This document shows positions 11,338 to 23,300 of a stretch of DNA of 64,000 nt, one piece after another. Position numbers and translations under genes: made by a program. Position 1 is the stretch's first letter; the number at the start of each line of letters is the position of its first letter. The DNA comes from Podarcis liolepis (taxonomy: Eukaryota): NCBI GenBank assembly GCA_965112155.1, contig OZ218099.1. One strand, written 5' to 3'. Under the pieces are notes generated by a model, which saw nothing but the letters and a program-made list of their open reading frames with translations, had not been told where the DNA came from and ran no database searches.

Positions 11338-14300
11338 GCTATTCTTGATATTTGTGCTTCCTCCAGATTACTTAGGTGGGCATAGAGAGAGTTAATGTTC
11401 CACTTTATTCTCACAGCAAGTTTGTTTGATTCTCTACTCCAGGAACCTTTACTCCTCTAGAGGTCAACTACAACTCCCATCAGCCCCTGCAAGGATAGCC
11501 AGTGGCCAGTGATTGTTGTAGTTGTAGTTCAGCAATATCTGGAGGGCCAGAGGTTCTCCACATCTGCACTAGTCCATGCCCAGCTGCACTATCCAACCTC
11601 TGACATGGAAAATGTGAGGTTGGAGTAAAATGGTTTGGATGGATTACTTACGATTTGTGAGCCCTTTGGGATTTTATCCTACTAAAAATTGCTATAAAAT
11701 CTCACCTGGAGCCCAAAGGATAGGGGCAGGATAATAAACATAGTTTTTTCATTGGTTTTGAATATGACCTCATAGAAATAAAAGGGGCAGTTCCTTGATT
11801 CTGTTCCGGCCTGTTTCATTCTATCTCTAATTTGCTGCTGTTGTGAAGGGGTGCTGGGCTTACTTTGCATACATTTAAGCTCAAGTGGAGTTGCATTTCA
11901 TTGCCCTTTCCTCTCCAGCAAAAGTTTTTTTACACCCACATGCCAATGGGGGATTAACTTCATGCATCTGATAAAGGGATCTCTAATCCATGAAAGTTTA
12001 TCCCCGTAACACATTTGTCATCTTTAATAAGGTGCCACAAGTCATTTATCTCTCTTTTTGGCCTGGACTCAGGAAGGCAGTCATGTTTTTGGAGACACGT
12101 ATAACATGACCTGTTTGGGAAGGAGAGGAGAATAGGAGAGGAGGGACCTTCAGCACCTTAAAGTGGTCTGTGGGTGGGATATGCAGGGATTGGTAAGGTG
12201 TGTGTGCCTCTTCCCAATACATTTTTAAAAAATATCTTTTATTTAAATTAGTTTGACTTTTATTGTATCCTGTGCTGAAAAAAATAAATAAATAAAAATA
12301 CAGTCATACCTTGGTTTTGGAACAGCTTACTGTATTTTCCCGTGTATTGGATGAGGTTTTTTGACACAAAAATCATGTCAAAGGTTGTCCAATACATGGA
12401 TAGTGGCATGGGGGGAGATGCCGCTGGAAGTGCCGCGATCTGAAAGTGCTGGGTGGCGGCATGCAGCTTCCCCCGATGCTGCTGCCTACAGGGAGCGATC
12501 TGGGGGCACTGGCTGGCGGCACGCAGCTTCCCCTGATGCCGCTGCGCATGGGAAGCACTCCTTGGATCGTTTCCCGCGCGCACAGCAGCATCAGGGGAAG
12601 GTGCCCTCTGGCCAACCTCCTGGCTGGTTAGAGCACAACTTCCCTCGATGCTGATGCGTGAGGGAAACACTCCCTACCTGTGTGCGGGAAATGATCTAGG
12701 GAGTGTTTCCTGCCCACAGCTGCGTGGGGGGAGAGGCTCAACAACTTTGAGCCATCTCCCCTCATTTTCTTAAAATTAAGTCCCCCAAAATAGGGGGGAG
12801 GGTCTTATACATGGGGGCCTCTAATAGACAGAAAAGTATGGTAGTTCCTAAATGCCGCAAACCCAGAAATGCCTGTTCTGGTTTGCAAACTATTTTTGGA
12901 AGCTGAACATCCAACGGGGCTTCCGATTGGCTGCAGGAAGACAATCAGAAGCCACGCTTTGGTTTTTGAATGTTTTGGAAGTTGAACGGACTTCTGGAAC
13001 GGATTCTGCTCGACTTCCAAGGTATGACTGTATTTATAAAAAGCAAAACAAAAAGCAACAACGGCATGCTCCTTGCTTCCTCCCTCCAGATCATCCACAA
13101 GATACAGCAAAGCAGCGAGCAGGAATGCACTCAGCGGGCTGCTCCAGGAACTGACGGCCAGACCCAGGCCTCCAACAGCGGTCCCAAGGTGCGTTTGCCC
13201 AGCTCGTGCAGCTTCCTTCTGAATGGAGCAGGGAGGGAGCCTGGACTTGTGGCGTAGCTGGAGTGGGAGGGAGGGAGGCCATTTGTGGGCCCTGCCCCAG
13301 TAGCCAAAGTGTGGTGATGGAAGGGTGGCTTTATCCATGCCGGCTTTGTTCTGCGTACAAGCCACACCCTTTCCCTCCCGCTCTTTCCTTCGAAGATAGA
13401 ATTTGCTTCCTCCCTTCTGACTGACTCCCTGCCCCCCAACTCTAGCTCATGTTTGGGAACTCCCTGCACCCCAAGGATTCCCTACCTCTCCCCCTTGTAA
13501 ATCTGCTGCTTCGCCCTCCTCCTGTGAGGTGGCCTTTGTCTGCTTTGTCCTTGCTTTGCGGGCAACCAGAGACCCTTGACTTCTCCCCCAAATCCATTCT
13601 GTGGGGCTGGCTCACTGGCTCTGTTGGCCAGAGTGGTCAGACCATATTGAGGGGGGGGGGGTGGAGGCGGGTTGCCTGCCTGAGAAGCTGCCCCGTTCAT
13701 GTTCCCGATGGGCCCAACGACGAGGCCTCATCCCAGCCCAAGCTGCCCCTCCGGCTTCCTGTGCTGCGAGTGCGATACCGTCACGGTGTGTTATGTGACA
13801 GAGCTGTCTTTTTCTGCATCTTTTCCTCTGCTTCAGTGTCCCACAAGGTGGTACTGGAAACTGGTTCCTGTAAGTGGGTGGCTTTACTTATTATCTCCCT
13901 GCTGCTTTTGGCTCCTGCGCTGCATGCCAGGGGGACCCAGAGCAAAGGATGCTGGGGATTTAGGACCTTGGAGCAGAGATACCTGAGTGTGTGTGTGTGT
14001 GTGTTTCAGTGAGGGAAAGGCTGAGGGGACGACATTGCCCTGCTCCCTGTGGGATGGGCACCTGCCTGAACTTTGGGGAGACTTTGAGGGCAGAGGGGAC
14101 CCTGTCCCGGGAGGAGGAGGAGGAGGCGTGTTCCCACATGAGACACCAGCTGCTGGGATGCTGGTATATCCCAGCATCCTTTGTTCTCATCTCCCTTCCC
14201 TCCGCAACCCGCTCCTGCTTTGCTCTCTCTTAGCTCCGCGTGTTGGGGCACATGAGGGTTGGGTTCTGGCGGTGGCGGTGGGTGCTTAACTGATCTCTTC

Positions 14301-17300
14301 TTCCTGCCCTGAATAACGCAGCCTCCTTGGGGTTACAGGTGCCCTGGGGTCTAACGGACAGGCAAGAGGGACTGCCTCAGAGATCAACCGAGAAGCCCCG
14401 GTTTTCATTTGTGCAGAGGGGTTAAGAGACAGCCAGAGCAGGGCAGCTCATGCCTGGAGCTGCCAAGTAGGAACAGCATGCTAGTTACACGACATTCCTT
14501 TATTCCCCCCTTCTGTGTTGCCTTCTGTCCCCCCCCCTCCCCGCCATTTGCTTGCTGCCCAGCTGTACTCAGTGCAGCCGAGAGTGCGGACTAGTCCGAA
14601 CTTAGGCCTGGATGCTACATTGCATTTAGTGTTCAGGAGTGTGGGGTGCTCTGGAAGGGAGAGAGGGCTCTCTCGGGAGCCCCAGGTGCATGCTGGGGAG
14701 GCAGAAAGCTAGGCCTTGGCTAGGCCTTCCCTGCAACCCCCTACCCCATTCCCCAGCCTTGTAAGGCAGCAGCAGCAGCCCTTCCCTCCTCTCTCCTCCC
14801 TCCTTGCGGGTGCATTGATCAGGCTCTCTCTTTTCTTTGCTATTGCATCCAGCATGCCATCGCTTTTTGTTTGAAGGAGTCGGGGAATAAGCCTCCTGTG
14901 GTAATGTATCCGTCGGCGCGTGCCTCCCACCGCCCGCCTCCACCACCTTGCCATCCACCTGGGTTGCTGTTTTCTAGGACTTCGGGCCGTTCCTGCTGCA
15001 ATGGGCCTGGGCCGCCTTTCTCCCCTGCCCCGCAAGCTGCCAACTTGCCTGGGGCTTGGAGAGGCGAGCTTCCCCCTCCGCTCTGGACGTTTTCCAGGGT
15101 CCTCCTCCCTCCACGTTCAGAGCAACCAACAGCCACCTCCAAGGGCTCCCCCCAAACGCCCACAAGAGACCTGCCATTCGCCCTCAGTTCTTGGGAGTTC
15201 GCCTCATCTCGTTGCTCACCCTCCAAACACAATCAGCCCCTCGCCTTTCCAGAGCCTGCAGAAATCCAGGGTTGCATTTCTTGTTTTTGTTAGACACTCT
15301 GGTTTTTGTTCTATTTTAGGACGTTTAGTGTGGGGACTTTTCTCTCTAGAGCTGTAAGGTGTCAGGAAGGGAAAGATGTGGGTGCAGCCATCAGCACAAA
15401 CCCTCTCATTACCACCACTGCCCACCAAAACTCCTGTGTCGAGAGTGGACCTGTTGTGACCACCTCCTCCCTTGGCTCCTTTTGGGTCTCTCCTGGGCTG
15501 GCAGGTGGTGGTGGGGGGGAAAGGCTTGCTCCATTAATTATTGGCTTCAGCAGTGGTGGAGGAAGGGGTAGAGCATCTGTCAAGCTGGTCTCCAGAGCTT
15601 GCTGTCTACGGCCAACTCTTTCCCACCCCCGGGGATATGGCCCTTTCCCTCTGAAACCTCCCTCCAGCTCATTGCAGCAGGAATGGAGGTGCCCCATTTG
15701 CCTCTCTCTCTTTTTTCCCCTCCCCACCCTTTTTTTATTTTTTGCTGGCCTGCTGGGTGTCTGTGCCTGTTTGTCTGTCTGTGCACCCCTTCCCCCCCCC
15801 CCTTTGCCCTGTGCAATGTCTGCGCACGGCCTGCCCTGCTCTGTGTGTGTCTCTGGTGTGGGGGCTGCCTTTTGTTGTCTTGTCTGCTGTGTCCTGGGGT
15901 GAGGACAAGCATGTTTCCTTGGAGTGGGAAATGCAGTTATTTAGCAGGACTGACTTGCTGGCTCCTCTGTCTTCTCTCCTACCCAGGGCAGACCCCTGAC
16001 CCCCCCCCCATTTAGCATCCCCTCACAGCCATTGTGGCGCTGCAGCCCACTGGGCCTAGCACTAGGCCAGAACCTCCCCTTGGAACATTTGTGTGGTGGG
16101 GAGAGCGAGGGGAGCTGGCAGCTGGTCTTGGGGGTCACTCAGAGCTGCTACAGAAGGGAGAGTGTCTCCTTTTCTCCTCCTATGCTGGCTGCTTCCTCCT
16201 CACTTCCCTCCTGCTTTTCTCCTCCTTGGCTGACACAGAGGGACTTGTGCCTTCGAGGGACTCGCTTGCGCCCCCCCACCCCCGCTTTATATCCTTTGCC
16301 TCCCTCCCAGCATGCACTTTGCTCTTGGTATTGGGGCAGGGTGGGGGAGGTGTCATATTTTGTGCACACATATTCTTGGGGTGGGAAAGAGGGTGTGAAT
16401 CTTGGCTGGTTCTTCACCCCCTGGGTATTCCCAGGAAGAGTTCCATGAGGGCTTCTGCATGGTGGTGAAGTTGAGGGTGGGATGGAGGAGCTTAGGGTGT
16501 GAGGCCCTGGACCGAGAGGAGGCAGGGGGTGCATCTCTTCAGGCTTTTTCAAGTGTCCCTTGTGTGGGGACTAGCTCCTTCCGTCGCCGTGTTGACTTCC
16601 TCCTGCGTTTCTGCCCCGCACAGATCCGCTATCGGAAGGACAAGGCGCTGCCCAAGCAGACTCCCTGCTTCCCTGCCATCACTGGCATGAAGGACCTGGC
16701 CAGCGGGGGCGCCATTGCTGCCACCATCCACTACTACTGCCCCCAGATTGTGCGCCTCGAGGGTAAGTCGGTGCTCTGGGTCCTGGGTGGAGGGATGGGG
16801 CAGCTGCTCGGAGCTTGCAGCCGTTGTGTGTGCATCGCCTCCACTCACATGTGTGCGTATGCACATGCATGCACCCCACACGCTGATGGCTATTGTGTGC
16901 TTCCCTTGCCCGGTAGATGTGTGTCTGAAGGAGACCATGTCGGTGGCAGACAGCCTGTACAACCTGCAGCTGATCCAGGGCTTCTCTGCGGATTATTTGG
17001 GTGGCTCCTGCTTCCTCTCCTTGGAGGACCTGCTATACATGCCACCTATGCTGAGGGTGAGTGCTGGGACTGGGCAGGAGGTGGGGCAGTCATCCAGCCC
17101 CTCTGTACCTCTAGAGATGAAAACATGGCTGTCCTGGCTGCAGTAAGGGAAGCCCCGCAGAGCTTCAGGGGCCGAGGAGCTGCTTGGAAGGAGCCCTGGC
17201 ATGGCAGAAGGAAGCCTTGCTCCGTGCCCCGTGTGGCTGCTCATGTGGAGCAAGCGGGGATTAGTGTTTGGTCTGAGCGTCCAGCCTGCCTTGGCCCTAA

Positions 17301-20300
17301 TGAGCCTTGGCTGGGGCCTCCGGCTGCACTAATTGGAGGCTGATCGTGCAAGAACAATGAGGCCCTTCTGCAGTGGGTGGCAGGGCAGTGCTGGGGGCGG
17401 GGATTGCGGTGGGTCAGGAGACAGACGCTTTAGGCACCAGGAAGAGTTCTTCTCAGGAGTGCTACCTGCAGATGGAGATGGTGGAGCAGAGACTAGGTCC
17501 TCTCCTCCCCCTTGTTCTCTGGACCCAACTCTGGCTAAGTGAGGGGAATGAAGGCTGCTTCCTCCACAGACTATTTGGCTAACTCATTTCCCTTCAACCC
17601 CAGATAAACGTCGGGGTGTTCCTGGCAGAGTTGTTCCTGTGCTTTGAGGTGCTTAAGCCTGACTTTGTGCGCCCAAAGGAGCTGCCTGGACTTCAAGGTA
17701 AGAAGGTGGCAGGTGTGCTTGTATGTCTGTGGCACCCAGGAAGCTGCACTGCTTTGGCTTGCTCCTTGTTGTGTGTAAACTACCTGCTACTGCCTCTCTG
17801 GGGTTTCAGGCCCAGAGCCTTTCCCCCGACCTACCTGAAGATGCTAAGGATGCTGGAGTCTAAGATATGGCTGCCCCCACCCTCCACACCTTAGTGGTAG
17901 CAGTTAGCTTGAGGAGCATCTAACCCAGGATAGGGCAGTCCATTCCCAGCCTGCAGAGCTGTGCTGTTTTTGGTGTGTAGTATTGCAAGATACTTGTCCG
18001 TGCATTCATTATGGGCAGACTCTTGTATTTGGTATATTATGTGCTGATAATTTCCATTGTGCTGAACAGGCAGAAAAACCCAAACTATCTTCCCCAACTC
18101 CCGAATAACTTAACACCCACCCCCAATTAATAATTGTAGCATATACGGCAAAAAAATTTTTTGGTATACTTGTGAACGTGAGAATTCTGATTTTTGAGGT
18201 ATATGGAATGCTGGTGGGATAATTAGAGTAGAGGAGGGTGCACAGTCGACATGGGGAGAGAAAGGAAGAAGTGCAGAACATCTTAATTGCAGCTGTATCT
18301 AATTGTTTCTGAAGACATTATTACTAGTTGCATGCTTTCCAGACATTTTGCAAATCTGGGGCCCACGCGCCTGCTTTTTCTTAATTTTGAGAATGAAAAG
18401 CTTCTCTTAAAGCTTTAGGAAATTTGTCTTGCACAAGTTATCTGTTACAGTTCGTACAATATTTTGGGCTAGATAATTGGCAATCAGGTCCTCCCTTCCT
18501 TTTAAGGGGGAGATGGAAAGAGGGTATAGCATATGCCTCCCACATTACGTGGTATAAACCAAAGGTGACTGGTCTGTTTGTTTCACACCGTATAGCCACT
18601 TTGATCTGATCTGATTAATTGAACAAACATATTCTGCCTGTGGAGCATCAATGGATCCTGTTACGGGATTTAGATTGTGCTTGCCTTGGCTTTATCTTGA
18701 CCAGCATTCATGGCTTTTCCAAATACTTGTTAAAACCTTGGCCCTTCCTGGAAAGTTTGCATTTTGATGTTGCGAACACTTTTCTGGTCTTCCTGCAAGA
18801 AAAGATACCTTTAATTCCCATTGTGCATTCTGTACATCAGGTGGTAAATTGCATGCCTGAAAAATAAAGAAAAGTGAAGGCTGCGCTATAAAGCCTGTCT
18901 GTGCACACAGGTATTTGATAGCAGCCTATCACCGTCACACTTCCCCCGCCGCCCTAAATCAGTTGTCCCACTGAGTAAGTGGAGCAGAGGCATGGGTTGC
19001 TGGGAGCTGGCATGCTCTGGCCCTGGAACAATGGCCTCCTGTGTGAGCCGAGATGGGAGCAGGTTCCTCTCCTGCCCTTTGGTACACGTGGTTGGCATTC
19101 CCACCCTTTCCTGACCTTCTAGTGACTTAATCCTCAGCGTGAGTGCTCTGCTCCCTTCCCCTCTCGGCTTGTTCAGTAAAGTGGCTGTTCTCTTCCAGAT
19201 TCCCCTGGGCTGAATGACTCCCTGACGCCCAACAGTGGGAACAACAGCAGGTAAGGGAGCCTCTGCTACTCTCACCACCGCCACTTTGAGCCTGAAACCA
19301 GGCTTGCCCTCTCTTGCCCATGCTGGGAGTCAGATTTGGATGCTGTGCTTTGCAAGGAAGGTGTCTGTGGGTTGCTCTCTCTCTCTGGTGCCTCATTCCA
19401 GAGCTAGGATTTTGTAAATGGATGATGATGTAGGAGCATGAGAAATTGCCTTATGCTGAACCAGACCCCATTAACCCATCTCTCTCAATATTGTCTACAC
19501 CAGGGTTTCCCAAACTTGGGTCTCCAGCCGTTTTGGGACTACAACTCCCATCATCCCTAGCTATCAGAATCTGGTCAGGAATGATGGGAGCTGTAGTTTC
19601 AGACAGGGAGCCTCTCCCAACCCTACCTAGAGATGCCAGGGATTGTCTTCTCCAGGGCACCAGTTCCCTACCTTTTCACCCACTCTGCATTCTGCCATGT
19701 CAGCTCCAGTTCCAGCTTATAAAATGAAGCTGCTTTAGCCCAAGTGTGTTGCTATCACTAGCTTCCCTGTCTGGCAGCGTGGCTAGCCAGTCTCCCGTGG
19801 ATGAATCAAAGCTGTTGGGAAGCCTTAGACGGGAGTCATGTCCAGACTGCTACCTGCAAGTCCACAAGCCATGATGTTGCTGACAGAGGACTCCAGGCAA
19901 GGAGCCTTTGGCTCTGAACATGTTGCTGGACTCCAACCAGCAACAACCAATGTGGCTGCTGGTCAGGAATGATGGGAGTTGTACGCTGCTGGTGGCTTAA
20001 CTGTGCCCTAGTGCTCAAAAACCATGAATCCCTTTAGGAATAGCTAAATATTGTCTCTTCAAAGGGGCAATGTTGCTATTGCAGCTGACAGAGGTCTGGG
20101 AGAGTCCTTGAGGTCCTTCATGATTTCTGTGCTGTTAACATAAGAGTCCTTGCTTTCCTTAAAAAAAAAAAACAACCCCACTCAGCAACTTGCTCTTCCG
20201 ATGTGTTAGTACTCTGCCACAGCTTGACTTCCCCCCTCTCTGCTTGCCTAGGGGGCCTCTCCACATATTAATATTAGACAGTCTTTGGGGAAACGTGATC

Positions 20301-23300
20301 TGGAAGGAGTTATTCCTGCAATCAGGGTGGGGAGAGCTCCTTATGTTTTTTGTGGTGGCTCATTGCCTCCTTATGTTTCAGGAGGGTTGGACCTTCCTTT
20401 GCTCTGGGGAGAAAACTGTGTCCCTGGCACTTCTAGTGTGTGAGTCGGGTGCTCCCTTCCTCTGATCAGCTGTAGCTGCTGATCAGGGGAGTCTTTGTGG
20501 TTTACCTGGATTGAGTTGCACTGGTGGAGTAAAGGGGAGAGCACTCTTGGCCAGAGCAGCTGCTCTCCCTTTGCTCCAGGCCAGCAGAAATTGTAGTTCT
20601 TCTTGCAGGGCAGGTGGGTGGGTGGGGGTGTGACTGGGCAAGCTTCTGATCTTTAAAGTAGGCACAGCTTTCCTCCCATGTGCAAGTTATGGGAATGCCT
20701 TTAGGCAGCAAATTAAAGGAACTTGTTCCTGCAAGTCTGTTCACTTCATTTGCCAAACGAATGAGCGGAATCAACACTTAGCAGAGTGCCTACATGTTCC
20801 ACGTATAATGTAATGCAGTGATTCTAGTGTTGTGCAAATTCCTTCTTGGGTTTCTATCACCCCTCCCCTTTAAAAAAACAAACGCAACAACCCACACCAA
20901 ACTAGTCCTATTTCCTCAAAGGACTAGCTTTCAGCACCCAGTTTCCCTCTGCTGACTTCGCTTGGATTGTGCCTGGAGACCTAACCAGTGTGCAAGCAGC
21001 ATCTGCTTCTCTCTGTGTAACAACAAGTTTTGTAGCAATGTTCTTAATTTGATCTCATCTCTCTCCCCCCCCCCCATAGCTCCCCAGTTTTCAGCTTCCG
21101 CCACCCACTGCTGCCTGGAGGGCAGGCACAGTCTCCACTCTGTGGTTCTTTAGGTAAGATGCTGCTGCTTTGTCTAGTCTCTCCCCCCTCCCCCGGCCAA
21201 TACAAACCACATACAAGCTGTGGGGGAAGAAAAGGAGTCCTTCAGTTCTGTTGGGGGTAAAAGGTTAAGCAAAACACATGCAAGTCTCTTGGAGGTCCTT
21301 CTTAAGGCGTCATGACTGTAGGCATCCCCAGGGGCTTGTTTCTGTGGTTTCCCAAGCTCTAGGTCCTGGATAGCTGTTCAGCTTTACCCAGCAGCTGCTG
21401 CACATTTCTCAAGAGCAACAGAGCCATAGTATGCCTGCCTTAGATGGCACAATTTTAAGATGCTTTGGTAAAGGCGCAGTATGCTAGATTTCATTGCATG
21501 AGTAAGGGTGAGCTCTATTGAACCTCTTGTAGGGCAATAAGGGCTGCAATTTGTGCAACCAGAGAAGGGAAAGCTCTGCCCTTCTGGATGCTTTGAATCT
21601 CCTCTAACTCCTATCCGGCCCAGCTGGCATGGCCCAAGGCCAAGGACAATGGGAGTTGTAGTCCAATTATGTCTGGAGGGCTGCAGGTTCCTCCTTCCTG
21701 GTTTACACCTGGAACTTTGTTTGTGCTGGGTAAACTGGCCTATCATGGGAAAAGATCATTCTGTGAAGGCAGGTTTTAATCTACATCTCACCTCAAGAGA
21801 TGGCCCTAGACAGCCTGAGATATATCTGACGTCATCGGAGTTTGTGCTGCTGACGTCGTGCCCTCGTGGGCCTTTGGTTTCCTTTCAAACACATGCTTTG
21901 TGAAGGATCCTTGTCAAAGTCGAGCGGCTCTCCTTTTGTGTACTTGCTCCTCCTTGTTTTGTCCCCCAAGGACAGCCTGGGCCAACTTGGAGCCCTCCAG
22001 ATGTTTTGGGTTCTCACTCCCATCAGCCAGAGCAAGCATGGACAATGGTCAGGGAGGGATGGGAGCTGGAGTTTGAAACATCTGGCAAGCTGCTTGGATT
22101 CCTCTCACCCCTTGAGTTGAGGGCCTTGACTCCTGCCACCAAGTCCCTAGGACAACCCCGCTGTATCTTCTTGTTCCTCTGCTCTCTTGTTCCTCTGATT
22201 CGGGTCCTTTTTTGTGTCCTTAGGCTCCCTGCATCACTCTACATCCATGTCCCATGTTGAGGGCTTTGGTAAACCATGGAGCAAGAAGCAGCTCAGGTGA
22301 GGAGCACGGGGGGTGGTTTTCATATGGCCAGAGGAGGGGACAACTTCCCAGACCTCTGCTTATCCACCGACTTGGGATACAGAGTTCTGAGAAGCAGTAC
22401 CAGCAGGTTGTGAGTGGAAGGTGGGCTTGGAATGTCCCAGCTTGTCCGTCCTTCTTCTGCTCCTAATCTTATCGCTTTGCTCCGCTTCCCTAGCCACCCG
22501 TTGTCACAGGCGGTCTCCTTCAGCATCCCCTTTGGCTTGGACAGCGATGTGGACATTGTGATGGGGAACCCGGTGGGCATGCTGCGCTCTGTCAGCTCAG
22601 ACAGCCTGGCCCCTGCCCTCTATTCCTCCTTGCCTCGCTCCCCGCGCCCCCGGTCTACTGACGTGGTTGAGGCCCCCAATGGCTTAGTGACAACACCGCT
22701 CCACGGGGCTGGACCCAAGGCCCAGGAGGGGCTGGCCCTGGAAAACGGGCTGAGCGATGGCTACCCCGACCTGCCTACCATCGAGGAGGCCCTGCAGATC
22801 ATCCACAGCAGCGAGCGCCTGCTCCCCGAGGGAGCGCCCGATGGCTTTTACCTGCACTCTCCGGAGCCGCCGAAAACTTCTGTGCCAGAAAAGGCACCCA
22901 TGGCAACTGTTTACCGCTGCCACAATGGCCCCCCCAATGGGGCCGAGCCAGCCCAGGATGGCAGCTTAGACTCAGACGCCGAGGAGCCCACGCGGGCCCC
23001 TGGCGGCCCCGACGACTCCACCTCATGCGTCAGTTCGCTGAGCTCGCAGCCCGACAGCACGGCTTCGTCTGCCTCTGGCGTGCGCATGACCAGCTTCGCG
23101 GAGCGCAAGAAGAAGCTGGCGGCGACAGACAGCAAGTCCAGTGGGATCAGCTCTGAGGGCTCTGAAGTTGGGCCTGTCCCGCCAGACGAGAGCCCCGCCC
23201 AGAGCCCCGCTCTCAGCTCAGAGATGAACCAGCTGGGGGCGCGGCTGGAGGAGAAGCGCCGGGCCATCGAGGCTCAGAAGAAGCGCATTGAGGCCATCTT

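Noticed and set aside
16402-17343. 313-aa ORF as a single CDS
   Set aside because: Only 16624-16762 is in the CAMSAP3 frame; the rest is intron or out-of-frame read-through across clear splice sites
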